Part shown: positions 13,186-27,557 of the stretch, piece by piece
Layout of the letters: the number at the start of each line of letters is the position of its first letter
Position numbering within the stretch: the first letter of the stretch is position 1
Assembly (NCBI RefSeq): GCF_036321535.1
Contig: NC_087437.1
Location: 10,976,001-11,040,000 of the forward strand
DNA: 64,000 bases
From: Camelus dromedarius
Taxonomy: Eukaryota
Direction of reading: 5' to 3'
Position numbers and translations under genes: made by a program
The notes under the pieces: generated by a model
What the model was told of the DNA's origin: nothing
Databases searched by the model: none
What the model saw: the letters and a program-made list of their open reading frames with translations, nothing else

Positions 13186-14185
13186 AAGGGGTACACTCTG
13201 CCTCCTCTCGTAATTGCTGGTTGTGGGGAGGGTTCTACTTTTAATCATAGGGGTTGGTTTATATGTAAGAAAAAAACGAAGCCAGAATGTCAGAAAGTGA
13301 GTAGGAACCCCTTGTGATCTGGTGGGCTTTTTCACAGTAAGCAGAAGAAAGTTTGGGGTCCATGTTCATGTTATTAAATAATCAGTTCCCCTCCTCCTCT
13401 CCCGCCACACTTCCTCTGTCTCCTTCACAGGCTCCTCCCCGCAACCTCCAAGCCTTCCCCTCCCCCTGGCTCCCCCTCCCCCTCCCCATATGCTTCCTCC
13501 CTCCCCCACTCCGTGCTCCCTCCCTTCCCCTAAACTCCCCCTCCCCCATACTCTCCCTCTCTCCTTCCCCCCTCCTCACTAACCCCTCAGTTCATGTTGC
13601 TTGCTGTGATCTGGTTTCGGATCATGTTCCGTTGCTTCCTGGTGTCTCAGTGGAAATGTCACAGCAAGATTTCAAATCCCCGCTCTGGGAAGATGAGCCA
13701 GGTTGGCTGACACCTTGGAGATGAAAGGGGAGCCCAGGGTCACAGCCAGACTGCTACTGTATCCCAGCATCTCCCCGCCACTCCCTGCCGGCCCCAGCCT
13801 CTGCTCCCTTACACCATCCTCTCCAAGGGGCTTGAAACCTTCCTCATCTCCTCCTCCTCTTTTCCTCCAAATCTTAAGGGGTCTCCCACCTCAGAAGGTC
13901 TCACTTCTATCTTCTACTTTGCACGTCTCACTGCCTGAGTTCAAGCCCTTATCGTCAGCATCTTCTCCTAGCCCCTCCTCTGCCTCCCTCCCCGTGCCCA
14001 CCCCCCACATGCCTGGCAGGGCAGGTGTCTCCCCAAAACACACATCAGCCTGTGCCGCTCCTCAGCACTGCCTTTAACTCCCGCCCTGCATCGTGGGTGC
14101 ATTTGCCAGCTGCTCAGTGAACATGACCTCTTTCCTTGCTCTTTTTTAAAAAAACAATCCCAAACTTACTGAAGAGTTGCAAGTC

Positions 14186-14327
14186 CTTAGCTCACAGGGG
14201 AAAAAAAAATGTGACAATGAATATATGTATGTTCATGTATAACTGAAAAATTGTGCTCCACACTGGAATTTGACACAGCATTGTAAAATAACTATAACTC
14301 AATAAAAAAAAGTAAAAAAAAAAAAAA
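14186..14327 (+). mobile_element. Short young L1 3' end inserted in an older L1 fragment (about 14140-14950)
   Basis: gaatatatgtatgttcatgtataactg...cattgtaaaataactataactcaataaaaaa plus poly-A, flanked by agttgc(a/g)agt. Confidence 0.8.
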
Positions 14328-17300
14328 GTTGCGAGTTTAGTCCAAACAGCATTTTCGTTCCCAAACCATTTGAGAGTGTATCGCAAACTCGATGCCCTGA
14401 CTATTCCAGTATGCGTTTCCCACACACTTATAGAGTCCAATCCTTTGAGAAGTTAAGAAATTAACACAGACATTGCTGCCACCTGATCCCCAAGCCCCAT
14501 TCAAGGTTTGACAGCCATCGCTAGCACGTCATCCTCACAGCAGAAGGATGCAGCTCCAGGTCACCTGGGCATCAGTCATCAGGCTCCTTCGATTGGGAGC
14601 AGCTCCTTGTTCTTCCCTTGACTTTTCTATCCTTGGCACTACCATCCAGATTAGCTCGAAGGTCCCTCAGTTTTAGTTTGACTGGATGTTTTCCCTTGAT
14701 TAGATGTAGGCAGGAACAGAGCCCCTTTGTCGGGACTGTCGGAGAAGCCACACTGGGTTCCTCCGGCTGCATCCCGCCGTGCGGGGCGCCAGCTGTTTGC
14801 CCAGGGCTGGTGATGTCCTCTGGGCTCCCTGAGCTAAGCGGTGTCTTCCAGGCTCCTCTTCAACAGTGTGACTCTCTCCCTGTCCTAAGTATTTCCTAGA
14901 GACCACTGAAACCATGTAAACATTTCATTCCTCATCAGACTTTCAATTGAGTCATCTGTGTATCTACCTCAGAATGGACTAGTGGTTCCCTATTTTATCC
15001 AGTGTGTTACGTACAACCTGTGACTATCATCACGTTCCTGCCCTCTTTCATCCCACTGCAATTGCCTATATAAAGACACTTTTAGCCACATTTTTGGCCA
15101 TGGAGGTTCATGTTTATCAAAACCATGTGCTTCATTCCTACCCAGGGTAGGGTTGTCATCCGAGAATTTGTTGTTACCCAAGCGCCTACAGCCATGACTT
15201 GCATATGAGACAAAAGTCGTCATAAAAATGAAACTGTACCAATGGACCAGAACACAGTCTCTCCCTGTTTCACACCAGCAGCCATCCCCACCCATCACAT
15301 CCACACCCGTGTGGTTTGTAGCAGTGTCCAAAATTACAACTCAGCTTCAATGCAAATCAGTTCCGAAGGTGAAATGACAAATCTTGCAGTGGCGCGGGGT
15401 TTCCTGAAGTCAGTGAAAGTAACTTAGCAGGACTGTTCAAAGCCTTGACCGAGTCAATAGCTACCAAAGAGAAAATGGAGAAGTAAGACGAAATAATGTG
15501 AATAACAAGGATTCAGAAAAGGCCTTCAAAATTGATGAGACCATCAAATATTTTTGCAGAAAAAAAGAAGTGTGCCTATTTACGAATGTGATGTGAAACT
15601 CAAAGATGAAGCAGAGGACAGCACACGATTTTATCAGGGGAAAATGTTCAAATTTGTTTTCTCTCAGAATGACCACATGGCTGAGATCCTAATCTCAATT
15701 TTGTTAGAGGGTAAAGTTCCTTTCATAATTTTGGTATCTTTTTTTTTCTCCAGGATGAAATGCCAGTCAAATCTTTTCCTCTCTATTTGCTGTAATGTTT
15801 TGGGCCCTTCCGTAAGTTGGTCCTCTGTCAATGTCCTTGTCTCGTGCCAGTTACCTGTGGGTCATGACCCCTCCTTTGAACTCAGCCAGACACTCGAAGC
15901 CACGTGGAGAGGGAGCCTCTGTCCCCTGCGGTGACCCTTGCCTGTGTCCCCCCTGCCTCCCAGCTCCAAATCTCTTTCTCTCCCCCTGGCCTCCCCAGCC
16001 CCTATGCTTGTTTTTGACTTTCTGATCTCACGTTCCTCACTTATCAGAAGAAGGAAATATCTTCAAAAGAGAAAAATGACTTCAAAAGGGCTGTCAGTTG
16101 AAATAGGTTCACGGATCATGACGGCAGTCACCACCCGATCTGCCCACGTGCTGCGACCTGCATGTGGGTTAATGCAACGCACTCTCCCCGGCCTTGTGAG
16201 GGGAGGGGCCGGGAGTCTCCTGCGTGTCACAGATAAGCAAGCTGAGGCTCCAGGAGGTTAAGTCATGTATTGCCGTTTCCTCAGTCACTGGAGAAGTGAC
16301 GATTTGAGTCCAGGAGTTCAGGCTCTGGACTGCTGGGTTTTACCCTGTCTATAAACGGGCCCTGAGGACTGAGTGGTGCTCTGTGAATACAGGCATTGTC
16401 ACGACCACACGTCCCCGGGTATGCTCTGATGCCCAGAAGACACTGAATGATACAGGAGGCATGACTCAAAGACACTCCTTGTGTGTGTGACTGGTTCTTT
16501 AGACCCCAAAATACTCCACTACTGGCACCCAGTGGCACCCATAGGCATTGCCTAACCCCACTCTATTGGCCTTGGAAGATCCACTTGGCGGTGAGTAGAG
16601 GAAGGGAAGCAGACCAGCTCGCCCTGAAGGACATGTCACACAGTCCCCAGACCCTCCCCCAGCCTCTCTGGTAGAGGCTAACCTTGGTCATTCGGCCCTC
16701 GCTCCCTCAGGCCTACGTGGGTGGGACCAGGCAGAGGGACAGAAAAGGAAGTGTGGTTTCTGTTTGATAACAGAGTCATCAAGATATTCACGGGGTTCTG
16801 GGCTGGCACTGGAATTTGCTATTGGCAAATGCAAACAGGGGTGTCAAACGCCCGCCTTAACATGAGAGAATCCATCTGCCCCCTGCCCCAGGGGCTCCTG
16901 GGGCCCACAGGTAAAGTAGGGGTATCGGTGCATGTCCCTCCCTCCCCTACAGACCCCAGGTTTGATGGCCCTCCCTCTGCTGAGGCTGTGAGCGTCTGGC
17001 CCCAGGGGACAGAAGTCCCACTGCTGTGCTTTGCGTTTTCACTCTTTCAGACACACTGAGCTTGTCCCCAGCCAGCTTCTGCAGGGGCCCCGGTTGGTGA
17101 GTGGGTGCTAATTTGCCTAACAGGCATCAAGGGGGGTTGTGTGTCACCAGCGAGGGAGGTTACAACCTGAGGACGCCCTGGAGGCGTTGGATCTGACTAA
17201 GGCAGTAAAACCGCCAATTTCACACATCTGGGGGGAGGGGGCGGGAGGTAGAAGGAAGAATTGTTTTTGTGGACACGAGCAGTGAGTGTCAAGCAGACTG

Positions 17301-20300
17301 GGAGGAAAGCAAAGACCCCCAAACCACCAGGCTTCTTTCCAACAGAGACTTTTAGGGGGAGGGACAAGCACTCAGGCGGGTCCTCTTGTCCAACACGTGA
17401 GGAAGCCAAGATCCAAAAACCATCAGGACTGGAGCAGGTGCGTCCGGGGGGTGAGGGACGGAGCCAGAAACCAAACCTGGTCTGGGCTCCTCCCTCCTCG
17501 GCTTAACATCACACAGCCAGGGCTGAACAAACATGAGGTTGTAAAATGGCTAATGCATATGGTCCCATGCAGAAGCCGAAGCTTAAGCCTGTCAGGCAAG
17601 AACCCTCAGGGCGAGGGATCTCTTTTAAGAGGCTTTAGGTGGTTATCAGGACATCTGCCCGCCCACCAGTGCCACCCCTTACAGTTGCTCAGTTGTCACA
17701 CTGTGCAAGAGTGTTCTGCTAAAAAGGCGAGTGGGCACTGGGAACACCTGGGTTTATCTCTGCTCACTCAACCATGTGTCTCCGTCTAGGGCTGCTTTCT
17801 GCCCAGAGGAAGGTGGGTACCATCTGCCCATCCTGCATAAGGCTGCATTAGCCTGGAGGGGCTGCCTCTCTGCAATTCACAAGGGTCCCCTGTGGGCTAG
17901 CCATGGCATCCTGAATCCATTTCCCCTTCTGAAACGCCTTTTTCTTTGGGGGAACCAACCCCAACCCAAACTCAGTCCTGCAGTTTTATGGAGCCGACCC
18001 CATTCCCATCTCCAGCAACGGACCAGTGACTTAAAGCTGTAACCAGTTTAAGGATGGGCACCTGACTCAATGAGAATTAATTCCAGAACTATTGCTGGAA
18101 CTATTGGTACCGAGGCAACCCTTTCTTTGGAGCTGCTAATTTTGGGAGCGTCTCGGGGAGAGGAAAATTCGATGGCATTGCTTGAAGCCTTGGAACCAGT
18201 TGTGTGACCAGATTCATCCTCTTAAATTTCCCCGGTATATGAACCAATTCTTTTTCCCTTAGGCTGGATTGTAATGAGTTCTGTCCCTTGCAGCCAAAAG
18301 AGACCTGACCACTACAGTGACAGAGTCAAAGTGTCACCTTATATGAAAGCTCCTGTAGCCGCCACTGACAGATTGGTCAAGAGAGCTCTCCGAAGCTGAA
18401 CCAAGTGTGATAACGCATCCCCATCCCCCAGGGCTTGTTAGAGAGACTGGGTATCTGGGCACGTCTTAGCACACACCTGTAGCGTCTAACCTTTCTCTTC
18501 TCCTGGTCCTGGAAGATGCTGAAGCACTCATCTCTCGTGTCACTTACAGTACTGTCAAGCAAAGACCCGCATTTTAAATTCCATTTAAGCTCTTTCTGCA
18601 GCCCTGGGTAACCAAATGAGACAGCCATGGAAAATATATGACTTTCATTATTATGACATGGGAAGCAGAGCTGTCTAATTGCTTTTGTCCACTGGTGTAT
18701 AAAGATTGAGACCAGATGTGTTTAAAAATTAAAAAAAAGGAAAAGAAAGAAAGAAAGAAAAAAAGCTTGTGTAGGCTGTTGCTTTGAACAAAGCAGTCTG
18801 ATTTCCTCTCCCTCTCTGTCTCAATAAGGGGAGGACCCCACAAAAGTCCTTTAACTGTAAGTTTTCATAGCCTCATTGATTTTGCTTTTCACAGGAGATA
18901 ACATTGTGAAATTGACCTGGAAAACTTTATTTTCGCTTCCCTCGATTCAATGGGACGCCTGTGAAACTAAAGGGCCAAGCTGTGGTCAGCTTTGAGCCTT
19001 TCTCTCGGGACGGCGGTTGCTCTGCTGAGCCCGTGGGAGAAGGGGGCCCCTGGACAGAGCAGGTGCTCCTGCCCTCCACTGGCTCAGCTCAGGATGTAAA
19101 GTCTTCACGTGTAGGTCCACAGGAATGGCTGAGATGATGCTCATCTTTAAATAGAACCACCCAGGGCCCAGCTTCTGTGTTTCATTTTCCAGAAGAGCCC
19201 TTAAATCTGCTTCAACATTTTCTTTTTAACCTCTCCAGTTATTTTTAGCACACCCAGCCGCAGAGCCCAGCAGGCCTGCAGAGGCCCAAATGACGTCCCG
19301 AGCTGGACGGGTGGAGTCCACGTCTCCTTTGGCAAAGATGCATTTGAAGCATTAAAAGAAAGAAAAAAAAAAGGGCAGATCTCAGAGGAGGGTGATGGAG
19401 ACGCCTGGATCGTGGTCCTGATGCTTCTGTGTCAAGCAAGGGCTGCCCACTAAAAATACAATTCATTGAAAGGTTACCTCATTCTTTTCCAAATTAATTA
19501 TTATCCTGAAAATTAAGAGTGTGTGGGGGTGGGGGTTAATTGGGTAAAGAGAAATCTTCCTGAGGGTCATTTCCTGAGGGTCCTGGGTCACCAAGAACCA
19601 TGCCTGGGAGACTGCAAAGAAAGGAAGGCAGACTCCTTGATAAAACCTCAAAGGGGATCCTCCAGCCCTGGTCCCTGGTGCAGCCCATCACTTTCCTGGT
19701 GCAGGATCTCCTGCGCATTCCCGGGACGGAAGCCATGTCGCTGCATCTCTGAATATGTCCAGGGCTCTCACAGCTCCGTGGGGGGCCTTTCTGTGCTCCG
19801 CTACAGCCCCCCACGGTTCATTCCTGATCGAGGGAGGATAAATAACTGTAATTAATTTCCCCTCACATGTTTTATAGGCAACAAACCCTCAAGGATAATA
19901 CTCGAAGAGAGAAAAAAATGTGTGAAAGAACTTGAGATTCGAAATACTTCTGCTGGAACAAGCGGACAATGTCCTCCAGCTCTCCATCCTCAGGTATGTT
20001 ATCGTTCCCATCAGAGTTCCCCCAAATTCAGCCCTCTTTTCTCATACGGTGCCCTGGGCTTTGCATGAACTCTAACCTGATCTCCAAAGGCAGTGACTGA
20101 GGTGTGGCATTAGCCAGGATGGCCACCACAGAGAAGCTGCCTGGGAGAAGGCACTGTACTTGGGAGCCAGGTGACCTTGGGCAAGTCATTTAACTGCTAT
20201 AAGCCTTGATGTTCTTGATGCTAGGGACCCCCTCGGGGGATTGTTAAGAGGATTAAATGAGGAATGAAAGTGGTGATGGTTAAGTAGGGCTGCTGTGATC

Positions 20301-20460
20301 ACAGCCTCCCTTATAATGTGACCCCTGGATTCATGCTGATGCCTCCCCCAAAGCGTGACTCCCTTAGAAAAAGGAGTTTCAATAAGTGGAACACAGTGTG
20401 AGGTACAATGTGGAACCCACCACATTCTCCATGCAAGAGAGGTCTACTCAAATAGCTCCC

Positions 20461-20946
20461 TTCTTTTTTTTTTAATTCTTATTTTTCACTGAAGTATAGT
20501 CAATTTATAACATTAGTTTCATGTGTACAGCAAAGTGATTCAGTTATACATACACATACATATGTATTTTTTTAGATTCTTTTCAATTACAGCTCATTAC
20601 AAGAAATTGAATATAGTTCCCTGTGCTGTACAAGAGGTCCTTGTTGTTTATCTCTTTTACATATCGTAATGTGCAACTCTTAACCCCAGACTCCTAAATC
20701 TATCCCTCCCTCCCCTTTCCCCACTGGTAACCACAGTTTGTTTTCTGTGTCTATAAGTCCATTGCTGGCTTGTAAATAAAATTTGTTTTTTTGTTTTTAG
20801 ATTCCACGTTTAAGTGACATCATATGATATTTGTCTTTCTCTGTCTAACTTACTTCACTTAATATGATCATCTCTAGGTCCATCCACGTTGCTGTGAATG
20901 GCATTATTTCACCCCTTTTTATGGCTGAGTAGTATTCTGTTCTCTG

Positions 20947-20980
<34 letters not shown>

Positions 20981-21181
20981 GCACAACTTTTTATCCAGTC
21001 ATTTGTCAATGGACATTTAGATTGTTCCCATGCCTTGACTACTGTAAATAGTGCTGTTCTGAACACTGGGGTGCATTTTTCTTTTTGAATTTGTTTTCTC
21101 TGGATATATGCCTAGTAGTGGGATTGCTGGATCCTGTGATAAGTCTATTTTTAGTGTTTTAAGGAACCTCTATATAGTGGA
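20461..21181 (-). mobile_element. L1 3' portion (end of ORF2 plus 3' UTR)
   Basis: Minus-strand translation includes IMPFTATWMDLEMIILSEVS, the poly-T lies at the left end, and caaatagc occurs on both flanks. Confidence 0.9.
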
Positions 21182-21540
21182 CAAATAGCCTCCTTTTAAG
21201 GAGACTCCCTCCCCAGCCCCAGCAAGGAGGGCTGAAGGAGCGGGCTAGGAGGTCATGTTCTGAGTCATGAGCCCTCAGGTGTCTACCTGACCTAAGGTCA
21301 GCCTGTCCCAGGCTGGCCAGCACCTTTCAACACTTGGAATTTGAATTGGGAAACCTGGAAGGGCCTAGGCTGCAGCAGTGGGATCCAAAGCTGAGGGCCG
21401 TGAATCAGGGAGAGGGCGAAATGGTGGGAAGCAGGGGCAGCTGGGGAAGGACGGAGCAGACCCATTCTCCCGTTCCCTTTCCTGTCAACGGTCCCCGACC
21501 ACTAACCACCTTTCTCCTGGGGCAGGGGAAATGCAGGACA

Positions 21541-22011
21541 GCCACGCCTGCACTGAACTGTGGCTCCAGGAAATACCCGCCCACATTGTAACGCCTGGAA
21601 ACTGTGAGTGTGACCCGATTGGGAACAAGGGTCTTTGAGGATGTAATTAAGTGAAGGCTTGTTGATGACATCATCTTGGATTATCTGGTGGACCCTCAAC
21701 CCAATGACTGACAGTTTCCTTACAGGAAACAGAAGCAGAGAAGACACAGAGTGACACAGGGAGGAAGGCATGTGAGGACGAAGGCAGAGACCGGAATTAT
21801 GCTGCCAGAAGTCAGGCAGCGCCAGGAGCCCCCCAGAGCTGGGAGAGGCAGAGGAAGATGCTCCTCTATAGAACCTGGAGGTACTGCAGGGCTGCCCATG
21901 TTTCCATTTTGGACTTTGGACCTCTGGAACTGAGAGAACAAATTTCTGTTGTTTTAAGCCAGCAAGTTTGTGGTGATCCATTTATAACAGAAGCCACAGG
22001 AAACTAATACA
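21541..22011 (+). mobile_element. MaLR MLT1C/D-like LTR
   Basis: agggtctttgaggatgtaattaag...gagagaacaaatttctgttgttttaagcc...ggaaactaataca. The left end is approximate. Confidence 0.85.
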
Positions 22012-22204
22012 TCTTGTGAGCCAAAATTGCCTGACTCCAACACATAGGTCAAAATTAAGGGAAAGTTCCTCTTTGAGGAGTTATGCGTACTCTAAACTCT
22101 TCCTTAGGTTCCATCTCTGAATGTTGTTTACTGCTGCAGAAATAATAAACAGAAATGGCTACTGTTAATTGAGCACACACTATGTACCAGAAAATGTAAT
22201 ATGC

Positions 22205-22842
22205 TTTACAAAAACATGAATTCGAAAAGATTTGTGCACCCCAGTGCTTACAGCAGCATTATTTACAGTAGCCAAGAAATGGAAACAACCTAAGTGTCCA
22301 TCAACAGATAAATGGATAAAAAAGATGTGGTCTATACATATATAATGGAATACTACTCAGCCATGAAAAAGAACGAGATTTTGCCCTTTGTAGCAACATG
22401 GATGGACTTGGAGGGCATTATGCTGAGTAAAATAAGTCAGACAGAGAAAAATAAATACTGTATGATATCACTGATATGTGGAATCTAAAAAATACAACTA
22501 ACTAGTTAATATAAGGAAAAAAGCAGCAGATTCACAGATATAGGGAACAAACTAGTGGTTACCAGTGAAGAGGGGGCAGTAGACGGGTGGGGGAGTGGGA
22601 GGTACAAACTATTGGGTGTAAGACAGGTTCAGGGATGTATTGTACAACACGCAGAATATAGTCAATATTTTGTAATAACTGTACATGGAAAGTAACGTTT
22701 AAAAGTTGTATAAAAATAAATTTTTTTAAATGAGGGATACTGTCAAGAAAGAAATACATGGGAACTCTTTGTACTATCTACTCAATATTCTGTAAACCTG
22801 AAACTGCTCTAAAAATTATTTATTTTAAAAATTGTAAAAAAA
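22205..22842 (+). mobile_element. L1 3' portion followed by an older L1 3'-end fragment
   Basis: aacaacctaagtgtccatcaacagataaatggataaaaaagatgtgg...gcaacatggatggacttggagggcattatgctgagt, then ggaactctttgtactatct...tgtaaacctgaaactgctctaaaa. Confidence 0.85.
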
Positions 22843-23449
22843 ATTTAGTGTGTTTTCTACTTAATTCTCACTGTGTTTTCATTAAAGAATATCTTTTTCT
22901 TTAACTCTGCACTAATGTCATTCTCATTTTCCAGTTAAGGAGACAGAGGTTTAGAGAAGTGACCAGAGGAAACCCTCCAGCCCAGAAGAACGGGCTGCTC
23001 TCTGTTCCCTCACCCCCGGGGGTCAGAGGCAGAGGAGGGGAAGGAAGGTGGAAGGAAGCCAGGCGCGAGGTCTTGGCAGGCGCACACTGACACTGTACAG
23101 GTCTACATGATGGGTCCAGGCTCCTTGGATCACAGCAGGTAGAAGGAAGGAAGTCGATCTGGATCCTGGTCCCAACACTACATACTGGCTGGGCGACCTT
23201 GGGCCACCACTGCCATCTCTGGGCCTCAGTTTCCTCTCCCCAGCAAACGGGAGTAGAGCGCTCCCTTTCTCGTATCAGGATTAAAGTAGAACTTTGTGTT
23301 CAGCAGGGAGCAGAGGCTCAGCCAAGCCCGTCAGAGCTGTCAGACTCCCCGGCTGGCAGTCCCTCCTGCACCGCCAGGGTGTTTCAGAGACCTCCCAGAG
23401 AAGTGTTTACAATCTCTCTCCAGGAGGCCAATTTCCCCCTTTGACTTTA

Positions 23450-23820
23450 AAATTATGCATTTCAGGTACTGCTTACCAAAATTATCTGATCAGAAGACTC
23501 ACCCAGAGGCTTGTTAAAAATCCACGTTCCAGGGCCTCACCCCAGGTTCATCGAATTCATCTCCACTGTGGGGAGCATGGGAACCTGAATTCTTTAATGA
23601 GCAGTCCCAGAAGATTGTTGAAATCAGGAAAGTTTAGGAATCTCTGCACTAATTCAGGGCTTCTTAAACTTTAATGGGCTGGCCAAATACCCGGGGATCT
23701 GGTTGAAATGCAGACTCTGGGTCAGCCAGCTGGGTGGGCCTGGGAGTCTGCATTCCTCACGGGGCCCCAGGGGATCTCCATGTGGCTGGTGGGGTGACCA
23801 CACTCTGAGTGGCAAGAGCA
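23450..23820. mobile_element. Adjacent MER5-family hAT-Charlie fossils
   Basis: cttgttaaaaat...gggcctcacccca... and cagggcttcttaaacttt...aaatgcagactctgggtcag...ggtgaccacactctgagtggcaag. Confidence 0.65.
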
Positions 23821-24349
23821 AGGAACAAGCATGATGTAAATGGAACTTAGAGGCTTTAGTTTTCATCCTTAAGGTCTATCAGTGCTTTGCCATCTTTGAG
23901 GACCCACGCTGGCCTTTAACCATCAGAACAACCATAGGATGTGAACATTACCTTCCTTCGGCATACGAGGGTCCCAGCACCACGGGCAGCCAGGCAGCTT
24001 TCTGGAAGGAAAATGGCAGTTTCCCACGGATGTGCATTTATCACAGCCGCGTTCACAGCGCATGCTCATTCATGCGTGTGTGCACCCCCAGAGCCCCAAG
24101 GAAATTGAGGCGCACTCTGCCCTCTCTGCCTGCCCGGGCTGTGTTTCTCTCTGGTCATGGAAGTGCTGAGGTAGCACTTTCAAGCTGTGTCATCCCTCAC
24201 AGAAGTTTCCACTCTGGAATCTCCCCTTGAGCTGCCCTGCCTGTCACTCTAACCCTCCCAGTTCACAGGCGTTTACTTGACTGGATAAAGCTCTGGTCAC
24301 TCCCCCACTTCCCTGAACTTAGATTTCCTTTTCCTTCCACCTGGGTGCA

Positions 24350-26340
24350 CACTTTTTTTTTGTTTTTTAACTTTTGACTTTGAAATAATTACAAACTTTG
24401 AGAAGAGTTGTTAAGAACAGTACACATAGTAAAATGATGCAGCCACTTTGAAAAAACAAATTGGCAGTTTTTTAAAAAGTCAAACATACTGGGAGGATGT
24501 AGCTCAGTGGTAGAGTGTGTGCTTGGCATGCAGGAGGTCCTGGGTTCAATCCCCAGCACCTCCGTTAAAATATGAAACCAAAGAGGCAAGCAAACTTATC
24601 ATATGACCTAGGTATATACCAGAAGAAGTGAAAATGGGGACTCGAACACAAAGACACACAGCAGCATTCTCCACAGGAGCCAAAAGGTGGAAACAACCCA
24701 AGTATCCATCAGTGGATAAACAGATGGACAAAATGTGGCAGATACATACAATGGACTATCAGTCAGCCATAAAAAGAAATGAAGTCTCCTGATACAATAC
24801 AATGTTTTTGAGGGTGAACCTCAAAAACACTAAAGTCGGTAAAAGAAACCAGACATATAAGACCACATATTGCATGATTCCATTTACATGAAATATCCAG
24901 AGTAGGTAAATCCATAGATGTAGAAAGTAAATCGCAGAGGGTAATAGCTCAGTGGGGGAGTGCATGCTCAGCACATGTGAAGTCTTGGGTTCAATTCCCA
25001 GTACTTTCATTAAAAAAAAAAAAAAGTAAATCAGAATATGGATGCTAGGGTGTTAGCATTAAGGGGCTGTTTAATGGGTATGAGGATTCCTTTTGAGATG
25101 ATGATGATTTGAACCTAGATAGAGGTGGTGATTTGATTGCACAGCACTGTGATGTTATTAATGTCATTCAGTTGTACACATTTACATGGTTAGTTTTATG
25201 TCCTGTGAATTTCACCTCAATTGTTAATAACTGTGCTAAGATTTATGGGATTCTGTATATGTTTCGAGACTGTATTATATGGGACTCTCTATCTATTTTT
25301 TTCTCTTTCTCTGAACCACTTATGCCAACCAAGTATTTCAGCATGTGTCCTCTTAAGAATAAAGACATCTTACAGAACTCCAGTAAAATTATCAAATTCA
25401 GGAAATTTAAAATGAATGCAATATTATTACCTAAGCTACAGTCCACAATCAAATTTTGCCAATTTCCCAACAATGTCATTTATGGCAATTTTCCTCCCAG
25501 TGCAGGGTCCAGGATTATACAATGCATTGAATGGTCACATCTCTTCACTTTTCTTCAATCTGGAGTAGTCTCTCAGCCTTTAAATTTTTTTTTCCTGTTT
25601 TATTTAAAATTAATTTTTATTGAAGTATAAATTTACTTTTTATTGAAGGATAGATTTACAATGTTGTCACGGCTTCAGGTGTCCAGCAAAGTGACTCAGT
25701 TTTATATATATACACATACACATATATATGTTCTTTTTCCAGATTCTTTTATACAATAGGTTATTACAAGCTATTGAATATAGTTCTCTGTGCTATACCT
25801 TAGGACCTTGTTGTCTATCTGTATTGCATATAATAGTTTGTATCTGCAGATCCCAAACTTCTAATTTATCCCTCTCCCTTTTTCCCTTTGGTAACCATAA
25901 GTTTGTTTGGTATGTCTGTGAGTCTGTTTCTGTTTTGTAAATAAGTTCATTTGTATCATTTTTTCAGGTTCTACATATAAGTGATATCATATGATCTTTG
26001 TCTTTCTCTGTCTGACTTACTTCACTTAGTGTGATCATCTGCGGGTCCTTTTTTTGGGGCAGGGGTTTGGGGGGGGGGGGTCTTTCCTGACAGCCATTTT
26101 TGAAGAGTCTAGGCCTGTCGTTTCGCAGGCTGTCTCTTGATTTGGGTCTGTCGCATATTTTCTCATGATTAGATTCAAGTTACGCACCTTTGGCAAGAAC
26201 ACCCCACAAGTGATGTGGGCTTTCTCAGTGCATCACATCCATTTGTCCCCTTACTGACAACGTCCACTTCAATCACTTGGTTCAGGCCGCGTCTGCCAGC
26301 TTTCTTCACTGTAAAGCTACCGTTTTTCTCTTTGTATTTA
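24350..26340. mobile_element. Nested L1 cluster: old L1 (minus) split by a plus-strand L1 (about 24425-25220), two SINEs (about 24490-24570, 24934-25022) and a younger minus-strand L1 (about 25585-26050)
   Basis: L1 3'-UTR motifs in both orientations, SINE A/B boxes, and SINE TSD aaagtaaatc (24924-24933 / 25023-25032). Confidence 0.8.
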
Positions 26341-27557
26341 ATAATAGTGTATGGTGTTTTTAAGGTCTAACAAAACTAGTAACTCATCATTTTTTCGGTG
26401 CCAGGTGCTATTTTTGTCTCTCATTCAATCTCTACTTAATCCAGGGAGAAAATAAAGCTACATATATAATTTAAAATAGTCCCTGCCTTCAAAGAGCTCT
26501 TTGCTCTGTTGGGGTGACAGCTTCCAAAGTCCCTAAATTCTAGAGTATTGATTCTGCCCATTATATTAACTACTTCTTTTATCCATTTTGTAAGCTGAAT
26601 GCAAAAGAGAGCTGTAGGAAAATCCAGGACAAATATACTCATTCTGGCCATGAAAACCAAGCACTTGTTAAACCTCTTGCAAACAGGAGGACTAAGGAAT
26701 CTAGAATATTCAACCAGATCCAGCAAAGAAGTGAAATAGCAGTATACTGGCCGACACATGGAGTTTTATTGTAAATCCTGTTTCCATATTGTGTGCTTTT
26801 AAATGATCATTGCTTTTTCTTTAAGTTTACTATTTTGATGGACTGATTCTTTGAACTGTTGGAATACAGCTTGAATTAAAAGGAACTGAGATCAGGGTGA
26901 GAAGTAAGTCCCACCTGGAGGTGTGGTTAAAGGGCCGCTGTGTGCCTGTGAAGAGACTTGCTTTTACCTGCTTGTTTTCCCTTATGTGATTAATCTTCAT
27001 CGTCTCCAGTGTGAATTGTCGAAAGGCGGGGGGGGGGGGGGGGATCACACCGACAAAAAGATATGTCTTGTGCAACTTCCAAGTGTTTATCATACCATGT
27101 CACCTTATTCATTTTCAGTGCTAGAAAAATGATAAAAATACATTGTAGAATTAAAAAACAATGTCTATGTGGCTCAGATATTTGAAAAGATAGTTCCCAT
27201 TATATTATTTGCTTGACTTACATTATTTCAGATTGATTTTACTATTTAAATTACCTATTTTACTGCAAGATACATATATGTATTTTTCAATCATCTAACA
27301 ATTTCATAGCCGCTTGGAATAAATGCACTGGTCCAGTGACGTTTTCAGTGACTTTTTCTAGAAAAAATGTGCACCATGGCTACCATGTACCAGACAGAAC
27401 ACACAAGTAAGCAGCCCTAGGAGGCGGTCAATGGACATTTCAGGTCACTGCTTTTCAGATTTAAAAAACATGGTTATTTGCTCTCAACCTGCCTTCTCTT
27501 AGGTCTGGTTACATTCCTACGACTGTCAGCTGTGATGTAGCTTTAAAAGCAGCTATA

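Noticed and set aside
15461..15600. Short protein-like reading (NKDSEKAFKIDETIKYFC) faintly like an RT motif
   Set aside because: Too short, closed by stops, and has no splice or repeat context. Probably chance.
24490..24570. tRNA-like sequence with A and B boxes (also at 3750, 11460, 24940, 31650, 33155, 44720 and 62940)
   Set aside because: These are diverged, A-tailed, often TSD-flanked copies, so they are SINEs rather than tRNA genes.
25109..25630. 173-aa ORF
   Set aside because: Spans junctions between old L1 fragments, has a TTG start, and shows no recognisable homology.
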